A stretch of 32,000 nucleotides of DNA from Candidatus Hermodarchaeota archaeon. GTDB lineage: Archaea > Asgardarchaeota > Heimdallarchaeia > Hodarchaeales > Hodarchaeaceae. A program made the position numbers and the translations under genes. The stretch is taken from NCBI GenBank assembly GCA_048886185.1, contig JBHLKY010000007.1, positions 150,001 to 182,000 on the forward strand, in the 5' to 3' direction. Below the pieces are notes generated by a model. It searched no databases. It worked only from the letters and a program-made list of their open reading frames with translations, and was not told the DNA's origin. Of the stretch, positions 19,345 to 27,536 are shown one piece after another. The number at the start of each line of letters is the position of its first letter. Position 1 is the first letter of the stretch.

Positions 19345-19779
19345 TTAGAAAATAATTATTCTATTTACAGAAGTAACTTCGCTCCCATTATATCTACTAG
19401 CCAATAAAAATGTTGGATTTTTACAAAAGGGGTTTTTGCGGTTCTTGCTTGTAAAAATGATAGAATAATTAGCCAAATGTGGGGACATCCTCTGCGAATT
19501 TACAAGAATCTTAAGCAAATTAAACATGCAGCTAATCCATCTCGGTGGTGGGGTCTTTTCATATGGTAGAGATGTATATTCCCTAGTATTCACTAAACCT
19601 TTTTCATCAGCAAAAAACTTCGCATATCCACATTCTGTACAGATGTAAACCTCAAGATCTGCAGTTTTAAAAAATGCTATTGGTACAGACGATGAATGCG
19701 GTCTATGATATTTCAACTCTCCACGGATGTCAGATGCTCCACAATTTGGACAATACTGTACAAATCATACGTTTACCAT
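19345..19779 (-). pseudogene. Zn-ribbon protein (DUF2082-like) interrupted by an in-frame TGA at codon 5
   Basis: ATG 19779 reads MVNV*FVQYCPNCG, in frame with the called ORF containing VYICTECGYAKFF. The first CxxC pair lies upstream of the called TTG start at 19716. Confidence 0.6.
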
Positions 19780-19903
19780 AATTGATTCTATAGGTTAATA
19801 TTTCTAATGATTCTAGAAGAGTACTTCTATACTAGTTAACTAAAAATTTTGATTCAACATCCTTTTATTTCAATTGCGACACTAAAAATAAGGATGAAAC
19901 AGT

Positions 19904-20407
19904 ATGATTGATTTGAATGAGTTCATTAAGTTACTAGAAAAGCGATTTCAGTATATTAGTGGTGTGCCATGTTCATATTTCAAGGAATTTTTAGCTTATC
20001 TAGCTTCTCACGAGACCGAGACTCTGTTGAAACACATTTACGCCACAAGAGAGGACGAAGCAATAGGTATTGCGTCGGGAGTGGCCTTTTCGGGAAAGAG
20101 AGCTCTCGTGTACATGCAAAATAGTGGTTTAGGAAATATTGGTGATGCTTTAACGTCACTTGCCCAGTTATACAAGCTTCCCATGTTGATATTCATTAGC
20201 TACCGAGGATTAGATCCTGATAAAGATTTTTCTGAGCATTCAATAATGGGAGAGGTTAATGAACCTGTTTTACAAGCTTTGAATGTTCCATATTGGATTT
20301 TATCAGAAAATATGTGGAGATCAGATATAACAAATGCTGTAAAGGAAATGGAAGAGACTTCCTCTCCAGTGGCTCTACTTGTTAAAAAGGGGGTGTTGTG
20401 TCGATGA
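19904..20407 (+). CDS. TPP-dependent sulfopyruvate/phosphonopyruvate decarboxylase, alpha-type subunit (ComD-like)
   Basis: GVPCS, REDEAIGIASG, MQNSGLGN and ISYRG. Confidence 0.85.
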   Translation: MIDLNEFIKLLEKRFQYISGVPCSYFKEFLAYLASHETETLLKHIYATREDEAIGIASGVAFSGKRALVYMQNSGLGNIGDALTSLAQLYKLPMLIFISYRGLDPDKDFSEHSIMGEVNEPVLQALNVPYWILSENMWRSDITNAVKEMEETSSPVALLVKKGVLCR

Positions 20408-20958
20408 AAGGTTTTGAAGTGATCTCTGCTCTGAGAAAATTTATCAACAAGAATGATATAATTGTGAGTTCAAATGGAAACATTAGCAGAGAAGTTTATA
20501 ATATCCTTCCTAAACCTCAAGTCTATCTTAGGGGATCGATGGGTTTACCAATTGCTGTCGGTTTAGGTTTAGCCTTTACCAATCCTAATAAGAGGATCAT
20601 AGTAATCACAGGAGATGGTAATTTTTTGATGGGGTTGGGTTCAGCTATTACTGCGGCATTTTACAGACCTAAGAATCTGAAAGTACTCATCTTAGACAAT
20701 GCTACATACTATACAACGGGTGGTCAGAAAAATGTTTCTTCAGCAATTAATTTTTCGAGATTCTTTGAATCACTAAATATCGAATATTCCTCTCAAGAAA
20801 CCACTCAAGATCCAATAACTCATAAACTATTAGCATTTCTAAATTCAGATGCTTTCTATGTTCTTCACTTGGTTATCGAGGGGTTTAAAATGGACTTAAC
20901 GAATATTCCTTGGCATCCAGAAGAAATCTCAAAACAAATTTTTGTTAAACTGAGTTAA
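20404..20958 (+). CDS. TPP-dependent sulfopyruvate/phosphonopyruvate decarboxylase, beta-type subunit (ComE-like)
   Basis: GSMG, TPP-binding GDGNFLM...LDN and TTGGQ; ATGA overlap with the alpha subunit. Confidence 0.85.
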   Translation: MKGFEVISALRKFINKNDIIVSSNGNISREVYNILPKPQVYLRGSMGLPIAVGLGLAFTNPNKRIIVITGDGNFLMGLGSAITAAFYRPKNLKVLILDNATYYTTGGQKNVSSAINFSRFFESLNIEYSSQETTQDPITHKLLAFLNSDAFYVLHLVIEGFKMDLTNIPWHPEEISKQIFVKLS

Positions 20959-21124
20959 TTGATATAAGAGATTCTGTGTTTCCTCCAAAGAAAAGATAGG
21001 TTTTACCTGAATAATTACCATAAGCAACTGAACTTTTGGTAAAATCGTCGAATCTTTCACCATTAACATCGCCAAGACCAGCAATCCAGCGTCCAAGGAA
21101 AATTTTACCTGTTTTTTTACTTTT
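20945..21124 (-). pseudogene. Isolated FG-GAP (integrin-alpha-type beta-propeller) repeat fragment
   Basis: Stop-to-stop frame with no canonical start codon reads KSKKTGKIFLGRWIAGLGDVNGERFDDFTKSSVAYGNYSGKTYLFFGGNTESLISINSV, matching the FG..AG.GDVNGDG.DD....A......G..Y.F.G pattern. Confidence 0.65.
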
Positions 21125-21785
21125 TTAACTTGGGTACAATATCTCCAACACGAGATGACAGAAGAATGAAAATATGGTTATCAAGATCTATAAAACCATC
21201 GATATCAACCTCAAAAACCTTTTCTGATTGTGGTTTAGATTGAGGCTTGATTACCTCTCGTACACTTTCGGTCAATTCATTCAATTTTTGAATAAATATA
21301 GGTCCCTCATCCTTATCTAGTAAGAAGAGTGTAAATAATCCTTTCTCTCGAGATTTTTGCTCTTGAATTATATTCGTTAATTCTCTAATTTGAACATTAA
21401 AGATTGTTCGTGTAATTTCTCGAAAAATGAGTAAGATGTTTTGAATTTGAGTTATAATTTGTTGTTGTTCATTACTTGGAAGTTTATTTAGTTCATCACT
21501 TTGAATAAGATTTTCTTCAAGTTTTATATTAGGATTTAGCCTCCAATATTTTTTTGATAGATTTTTTACCTGTTCAATTCGTGAGACCTCGACTAAATTC
21601 GCATCCTCCATCTTTTTTAAGCTTCTAGTCACTGTAGAGAGACTTTTTCGGGATAATCTCGAAATCTGTGACGCATTTAGTTCTTTATAAACAAATAAGT
21701 ACCAAGAAATTAATCCAGTTGTGGGACTGTCAAATAATTTCAATATGGAAGGTGCTTTCATAATTTTGGCTCCTAACATTACCAT
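21117..21785 (-). CDS. Winged-helix (MarR/ArsR-like) transcriptional regulator with C-terminal extension
   Basis: ELNASQISRLSRKSLSTVTRSLKKMEDANLVEV...KKYWRL; divergent from the OPT gene. Confidence 0.85.
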   Translation of the reverse strand: MVMLGAKIMKAPSILKLFDSPTTGLISWYLFVYKELNASQISRLSRKSLSTVTRSLKKMEDANLVEVSRIEQVKNLSKKYWRLNPNIKLEENLIQSDELNKLPSNEQQQIITQIQNILLIFREITRTIFNVQIRELTNIIQEQKSREKGLFTLFLLDKDEGPIFIQKLNELTESVREVIKPQSKPQSEKVFEVDIDGFIDLDNHIFILLSSRVGDIVPKLKK

Positions 21786-21851
21786 TTAGGAAATAGTTAT
21801 AAAGGCATTCGTTTGCATATATGCAAACGATAAGATTTATGAAAGTGAATT

Positions 21852-23756
21852 ATGATGCAAGGAAGTCAAGGACTCAAAACAATAACTGGATTATCCGAAA
21901 CAAAACGATCTCAATCTGTAGTAATCATAGGTGTGATTATCGGAGTGTTTATGAATTGGCTAGCTCTTTATCTAAACGTGATTTTAGGACTATTATCCGT
22001 GGGTATTTCGAGTTTTGTAGTACTTTTGATGGTAAAAGTCTTACTCAGAGATAAAGCGACATCTGAGAATTTAACCTTGGTATCTGTAGCATATGGCGCA
22101 ACTTCCTCTGCAGAAGCAAGTGTTGGTTTATTATTCTTAATCTGGTTATATAATAATGCTAGAGTGTATGGCCTTTCTTTTAATCCACCAAGTTGGCTAT
22201 TACCAAGTCACGAAGTATTATCGGAACGTGTTGTTATAACTGTCGAATGGATTATTCCACTATTGATTCATTACTTCTTGATGTTTATTCCAGGCATAAC
22301 TGGGTTAATTTTGGGTGCCTATTTGGCCCCTAAATTTATACATAATGATGAAGAATACCCATTCCCTGGAACAATCCAACGTGTGAAGACTGTTGAGGTT
22401 CTTGTAACAAATCAGACATCTAAAGTAAGACTATTTAAAAAATTTCTAGCTATTGGGTTTGTTAGTGCATTTATTACCTTGTTTGTACCAATTATCGATT
22501 TATCTAACCTTGACTCTGGAATGATCTTTGGAATTATGCTAGGAACTATTGGAATTACGATGTTTACGCTTGGAGTTCTAATTAACTCCCCTAAAATTAC
22601 AATTCCTACTGGAATTGCATCTATTCTTACTTATACATTAATAGGGCCATTATTGTACACTAGAAGCGATTTTCATAGTAAAGTTAATCAGGGCATTTTT
22701 AGTAACGATTTTTTTGGCTTATATTCCTATCTCCTCCAAACAAAGTTTCTTTCCTTTCTTATTGGATTTATTCTATCAGCTGCTCTCATTTCTCCATATG
22801 TTTTTTCAATGATAAAGAGAGTTTATAGACGTCTCAGATCTAAAACAACTGAATCTCTAGAAGAAAATGTAACTGCAGAAATTCAAAATAATAATCCCAT
22901 AGCACATCCTACTCCTAAAAGTAGTGAAAAAACAAGCCAAATTTTCAATAAATTAAAATTTCAAGGTATAATTGGAAAAAAAGAATTACTTCTTTTCTTG
23001 ATGTACACACTGAGTTTGATTGGTTCAATGTTCTTCGTTATCTATTTAGATATTCTCCCCAATACAAATTATCTGCTAATTTTACTATTATTAATCTGGA
23101 TTTTGTTTTTAGGGTCATTGATTCAGGGTTTCATTACAGTGACGACGATTGCAAAGAGTGGAACAGCAGTAATTCCTCCTTTCCTTTTTGATAATTTACC
23201 ACTATTTTTTGTTGGAGCTAGAGGGATAACACCATATGTTGCTACACCAAAAGGGGAGGTTGGGGAGACCATTAATATTGTTTCAACCTTGAAGTTCGGA
23301 CAACAAATGAAAATCAACCCACGACACATTCTACCAGCATATTTTGCTGGATATGTGACCGCTGCCTTATTTACTCCGATTTTCACTCTATTTCTATGGA
23401 AAGCTCTCGGTATTGGGACTGTTGATTTCCCAGCGCCAGGATTCCCGATTTCAATTGCTTTGATTGGTCCCTTTGCAGCAGGAGCGATTGATGTATTTTT
23501 GAATATCGTTGAATTGATAGCTGGAGGATTTATTGCATTATTATTCCCAACGATTGGTGTTAGCTTAGCTATTGGGATGTTCTTTCCTCCTCACATGGCA
23601 GTTTGTATAACACTTGGAGGTTTAGTTGCTCTTATTCTCGAGAAAAAGAAGGGAAAAACATGGATGGATGATAGGGGTAAAATGGCCGCTACTGCAGTAC
23701 AAGTTGGAGCTACTTTAACAGTGCCTATCTTAATTCTTATGAAGCTATTTTTCTAA
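21852..23756 (+). CDS. OPT (oligopeptide transporter/YSL) superfamily membrane protein
   Basis: 634-aa polytopic protein with YPFPGT, APGFP and LAIGMFFPPH motifs characteristic of the OPT family. Confidence 0.75.
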   Translation: MMQGSQGLKTITGLSETKRSQSVVIIGVIIGVFMNWLALYLNVILGLLSVGISSFVVLLMVKVLLRDKATSENLTLVSVAYGATSSAEASVGLLFLIWLYNNARVYGLSFNPPSWLLPSHEVLSERVVITVEWIIPLLIHYFLMFIPGITGLILGAYLAPKFIHNDEEYPFPGTIQRVKTVEVLVTNQTSKVRLFKKFLAIGFVSAFITLFVPIIDLSNLDSGMIFGIMLGTIGITMFTLGVLINSPKITIPTGIASILTYTLIGPLLYTRSDFHSKVNQGIFSNDFFGLYSYLLQTKFLSFLIGFILSAALISPYVFSMIKRVYRRLRSKTTESLEENVTAEIQNNNPIAHPTPKSSEKTSQIFNKLKFQGIIGKKELLLFLMYTLSLIGSMFFVIYLDILPNTNYLLILLLLIWILFLGSLIQGFITVTTIAKSGTAVIPPFLFDNLPLFFVGARGITPYVATPKGEVGETINIVSTLKFGQQMKINPRHILPAYFAGYVTAALFTPIFTLFLWKALGIGTVDFPAPGFPISIALIGPFAAGAIDVFLNIVELIAGGFIALLFPTIGVSLAIGMFFPPHMAVCITLGGLVALILEKKKGKTWMDDRGKMAATAVQVGATLTVPILILMKLFF

Positions 23757-23776
23757 AAATCGATTAATTGAGAAAA

Positions 23777-24139
23777 TTATCTGTCTACAAGGACTGATAG
23801 AGTGTTATGGAACTCTGGTGGCTCGTGTTTTGGTACAACACTTACTACACGATAATCAATTCCCTTTTTTCGCTGAATAAGACTCGCTGAATGAGCACCT
23901 ATAAATCTGGATCGAACAGAAACCCTAGATCCAATCCACAAGAAAATCCTTTTTATAGTATCATTAATGAGAATATAGATTTCATTCTCCTGTAAATCAT
24001 CAAAATGATACTTTAACGATTTTAATTCCTCAGTTTCGGAATTTAATTGGAAGAAGTGCACATCACACTCTTCACTTTCTTTCTGATGAGGAAATTTTTC
24101 GTTCTTGCTAGATTTACAGATGGGAATATGTTGAAACAC
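23777..24139 (-). CDS. Single-domain gelsolin/villin-like protein (Asgard eukaryotic-signature-type)
   Basis: LQENEIYILIND...IFLWIG..S..SRFIGA..A...V..HEPPEF matches the gelsolin repeat. GAGG lies 8 nt before the GTG start; minus-strand TTATATATAAAG at 24206-24195. Confidence 0.8.
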   Translation of the reverse strand: MFQHIPICKSSKNEKFPHQKESEECDVHFFQLNSETEELKSLKYHFDDLQENEIYILINDTIKRIFLWIGSRVSVRSRFIGAHSASLIQRKKGIDYRVVSVVPKHEPPEFHNTLSVLVDR

Positions 24140-24308
24140 GGTTGTTTCCTCAATTTCCTGAGAAAAAGGCTTTCAAGAAAATCATCTTTTTGACCTTTAT
24201 ATATAATCGAAAGATGAGCAGAACATCATTCGTAACGTCAAGCTAAGTAGATGGGCACACTTGATGAATAACTTCCTGTGATGATTCAGCAAATTTAAAA
24301 ACGACAAT

Positions 24309-24410
24309 CTAACTAGTAATTCTTTTTAGAAATCTAAAGAAAAACGCAATAAATAATAATAAGATTCCTAACAATAGTAATATCAAAATAAAAGGAAATT
24401 GATCAGACAT
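24309..24410 (-). CDS. 33-aa single-TM microprotein B (MSDQFPFILILLLLGILLLFIAFFFRFLKRITS), not in the ORF track
   Basis: Hand translation from ATG 24410 to TAG 24309; same length and last 8 residues as the neighbouring sORF. Confidence 0.75.
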   Translation of the reverse strand: MSDQFPFILILLLLGILLLFIAFFFRFLKRITS

Positions 24411-24431
24411 TATTATACCAATAATTCTTTA

Positions 24432-24533
24432 TCAACTTGTGATTCTCTTAAGAAATCTCATGAGAACAGTTACAAATAATCCTAAAATGAATAAACCAAA
24501 TACAAAAAGCATTATTAAGAACCAGATTTCCAT
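24432..24533 (-). CDS. 33-aa single-TM microprotein A (MEIWFLIMLFVFGLFILGLFVTVLMRFLKRITS), not in the ORF track
   Basis: Hand translation from ATG 24533 to TGA 24432; GGGTGA ribosome-binding site 8 nt upstream. Confidence 0.8.
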   Translation of the reverse strand: MEIWFLIMLFVFGLFILGLFVTVLMRFLKRITS

Positions 24534-24575
24534 GAGATGATTCACCCAGATTATGAGAACACGTTCTTAATTTGC

Positions 24576-25316
24576 TTAATAGGATTTTTGAAATTTTTCT
24601 AATTTTCTATCTAATTCTTCTAATTTAGATTCCATTCCTTCCAGTCGAGTACTCATTAAATTCTTAATTTCCTTTAATTCAGAAAGCATTTGTAGTGGGA
24701 TTGATTCTAGGGGTTCTTCCTCACTTTTGGTTCCATAAGCAGCTTGAAATTGCCGAAGTTGCGTGAGAATGTAATCTCTTACTTCACGAAAAACTTTGAT
24801 TCCCTCCAATTTCTCTTCTGCGGTCTCATCGAGAGAGTACCCTTTTCCACCAGCTGTTTGGATTTCAATGGTTCCAATACCAAATAACCGATCAAAAGGG
24901 CCCGTTTTCATGTTGATGTTGGTCACTGTACGATAAGGAACATGTTTTTCCGATTTATTGATTAGTCCTTTGTGAACCACGATTTCATGGCCGTGAACGA
25001 TGAATAACATGGATTTGACGTATAGCTGCATCCCTACTATATAACAGATAGTGATGACAAACCAGATCGCTAAATAAATAGCCCCCATCCAGAAGAACGC
25101 CTGAAATAAAATCTCTCTCTGTGGTTCAGCGAGCTCTGGGCCTAACCAGGTGCCAAAACCACCAAAAATAATTATTAATGCAGCTGTGAAAATAATAAAC
25201 ACGATAACATATAGTAAGTAATTTTTCCATAAGAGATTTTTACTTGGGCGAATAATTCGGGGTTTCCCGGGTGGAGGGGGAATATCAGATCCCTTGATTA
25301 CCTTAACTTCATTCAT
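24576..25316 (-). CDS. Membrane-anchored bacterial-type PH domain protein (bPH_2/YdbS-like) with coiled-coil tail
   Basis: Two TM helices, then EIVVHKGLINKSEKHVPYRTVTNI...GPFDRLFGIGTIEIQTAGG. Confidence 0.88.
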   Translation of the reverse strand: MNEVKVIKGSDIPPPPGKPRIIRPSKNLLWKNYLLYVIVFIIFTAALIIIFGGFGTWLGPELAEPQREILFQAFFWMGAIYLAIWFVITICYIVGMQLYVKSMLFIVHGHEIVVHKGLINKSEKHVPYRTVTNINMKTGPFDRLFGIGTIEIQTAGGKGYSLDETAEEKLEGIKVFREVRDYILTQLRQFQAAYGTKSEEEPLESIPLQMLSELKEIKNLMSTRLEGMESKLEELDRKLEKFQKSY

Positions 25317-25906
25317 GGTTTTTCTCTTCTAATGATTTCATTAAATGTATCTTCAAATTGTTCTCGGGTTAATTTATCACTAAATGATTTTTTAAGTTCA
25401 TGTTCTTCTCTAATAAGATTAAGAATATCTTTACATTGATCTTGGCATTTAATATTACAAACATGCTCTTGCCAGAGAATGTACCCATCTTTTAGGGTAT
25501 AAAAAATGTAGACTTTTCTATCAATTCTAAAATCATGGCCATATAAAATACCATTTTTTTGAAGTAATTCTAGATTTTCCTCTTCCAGATTATCTTGAAT
25601 TGAAAGATCTAATCGAGACGTTTCAGCAAGTTCTATAAGTCCTTTACGGATTTTCTTTAGCCCTACTGATTTAAATTTTGAGATAGTCCGAATATCTACT
25701 TCCTTAGGCTCACGAAATCGCTTATCTTTCTTTCCTGTTTCTCTTTCCCGTTCTTTTATCCATTCTTCCCTCTCTTTCTCTAATACAACCGCGATTTCGT
25801 CTAGACTGATGTGTGGATTCTGAAAAATTTCTCGAATAACAACTCGCTCTGAGTCTGACAATTGAGTAGTCACACTAACAGCCTCTAGAAAGCTTTTACT
25901 GGCCAA
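25313..25906 (-). CDS. Archaeal HTH-type regulator-like protein with C-terminal His/Cys cluster
   Basis: LSDSERVVIREIFQNPHISLDEIA is HTH-like; WQEHVCNIKCQDQC; 4-nt overlap with the PH-domain gene; TTG start. Confidence 0.65.
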   Translation of the reverse strand: MASKSFLEAVSVTTQLSDSERVVIREIFQNPHISLDEIAVVLEKEREEWIKERERETGKKDKRFREPKEVDIRTISKFKSVGLKKIRKGLIELAETSRLDLSIQDNLEEENLELLQKNGILYGHDFRIDRKVYIFYTLKDGYILWQEHVCNIKCQDQCKDILNLIREEHELKKSFSDKLTREQFEDTFNEIIRREKP

Positions 25907-26251
25907 GTAATGTATTAGTTACTAATTATAATTCATTACTAATATCCCGTAATCTCTTTTTAAACCTTTCGTTTCCATAAATTAATGTAATTTTTTAACT
26001 CATTTTTGCCAATATTCTCTTCTTCATAAGATACTTCCTTTTCAAATGAAAGAGTTGACTTTCTTAGCTATTTTCCTAAATATAAACATTTATAAATATG
26101 TGACCAAAAAATAGTAACTGAAGAAAAAATGGTAACATTAGTAAAAAAGTCTATTGCTGATGTTGAAAGGAGCATAAAAATTGCTTAATCAAGAAACAAA
26201 AGTAAAATTTCTGATAAAATTGGTTATAGAGCCTGATGGAGGTTCTACATA

Positions 26252-26707
26252 ATGGCATGGATAGGTGGTGTTGTTGCTGCAACGGCAGCTTGCAATAATG
26301 GACGAAAGCGGAAAAAACCTAAGCTATTTGTATTGATTACTATGTTTTGTCTCATAATCGGAATTTTTGTACCTTTGGTATTACTCCTTGGCACACAAGG
26401 CAATCGTGAAATAATGCTTTTTCCATTAATCCTTATCATGATAATTGGAATCATTGTATTTATCGCTGCTAGTTTTGCTGAATCCCTGGATTATGATGAT
26501 GAAACTACAACTCATCATTATAGGAAATCAAGACCTTATCAAACTGAATCGAGATCAAACCATACTTCCTATCGTAATCCTGTAGCTGTAGAAGATTATT
26601 ATTGGGGATCTGAACCAAAATCAACCTCTTTTTTCTGCATTAATTGTGGTATGCGATTAGAGTCAGATGATCGGTTCTGTGCTTCCTGTGGATGGAGAGT
26701 AAATTAG
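26252..26707 (+). CDS. Two-TM membrane protein with C-terminal zinc ribbon
   Basis: Two hydrophobic helices and terminal FCINCG...FCASCG. Confidence 0.8.
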   Translation: MAWIGGVVAATAACNNGRKRKKPKLFVLITMFCLIIGIFVPLVLLLGTQGNREIMLFPLILIMIIGIIVFIAASFAESLDYDDETTTHHYRKSRPYQTESRSNHTSYRNPVAVEDYYWGSEPKSTSFFCINCGMRLESDDRFCASCGWRVN

Positions 26708-26726
26708 ATTACATGGTGTAAACAAA

Positions 26727-27536
26727 ATGCAAGTACAAGAAACTATAATTGAAACAAAACAAACTAAAAAAGTTCTTATCCGCACGGATAAGTTATCGAA
26801 ATATTATGGAAAAGAGATCAAAGCCGTGGAGGAGCTCGATCTTGAAGTATATGAAGGAGAAACATTCGGACTTCTTGGTCCTAACGGAGCTGGAAAAACC
26901 ACGACAGTTCGTCTTCTAAACTGTATTCTAAAACCAACCAGTGGTACTGCTGCTGTGAATAGCTACAACATTCTAAAAAATCCAAGAGAAGTAAAAGCCA
27001 TTTCTGGGTTGTTAGCGGAATCCCCAGGATTATATGAGAAGCTTAGTGCTTATGAGTTTCTTGAATTCATGGGAGCCCTTTATAATATCAAAGGAAATAT
27101 CCTAAAAGATAGGATTGAAGAGCTTTTAAAGCTATTCGGTCTTATAGAGAGGAAAGATTTTCTCCTTGAAGGTTTTAGCTCTGGAATGAAACAGAAAGTG
27201 TTAATTGCCGCAGCATTAATTCATGATCCTTCTATCATATACTTCGATGAACCTACAGCAGCACTGGATCCTCGTGCCGCTCACATGGTTAAAGATCTAA
27301 TTAAGGGATTAGCTGATCAACTTGGAAGAACTATTGTGATTTGCAGTCATATTCTTCCGATCGTTGAGGAGCTATGTGATCGAATTGGTATAATTAACCA
27401 AGGACGACTCATTGCTGTGGGTACAGTTGATGAAATCATTGCTCAAGCAGGAACTGAAACACTAGAAGAAGCTTTCATTGTCTTAACTGGAGGAATTGAT
27501 GAAAAAGAACTCCTAGCTTGGAGGAATCACAATTGA
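26727..27536 (+). CDS. ABC exporter ATP-binding protein
   Basis: GPNGAGKTT, FSSGMKQK, IYFDEP and CSH switch. Confidence 0.95.
   Translation: MQVQETIIETKQTKKVLIRTDKLSKYYGKEIKAVEELDLEVYEGETFGLLGPNGAGKTTTVRLLNCILKPTSGTAAVNSYNILKNPREVKAISGLLAESPGLYEKLSAYEFLEFMGALYNIKGNILKDRIEELLKLFGLIERKDFLLEGFSSGMKQKVLIAAALIHDPSIIYFDEPTAALDPRAAHMVKDLIKGLADQLGRTIVICSHILPIVEELCDRIGIINQGRLIAVGTVDEIIAQAGTETLEEAFIVLTGGIDEKELLAWRNHN

Noticed and set aside
19765-19767. In-frame TGA as selenocysteine
   Set aside because: It is not at a Cys-equivalent position (both CxxC pairs are ordinary Cys) and no SECIS-like element was recognised.
21112-21128. Programmed frameshift fusing the wHTH regulator to the FG-GAP fragment via the A-rich run at its stop
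   Set aside because: It would need a +1 shift, and a cytoplasmic regulator fused to one propeller blade makes little structural sense; A-runs are common here.
23777-24410. Gelsolin gene as the last member of the microprotein operon
   Set aside because: A 169-nt gap with its own TATA-like box and RBS suggests independent transcription; a functional link is unproven.
26129-26188. 19-aa ORF MVTLVKKSIADVERSIKIA
   Set aside because: Too short, with no RBS, paralogue or motif to support it.
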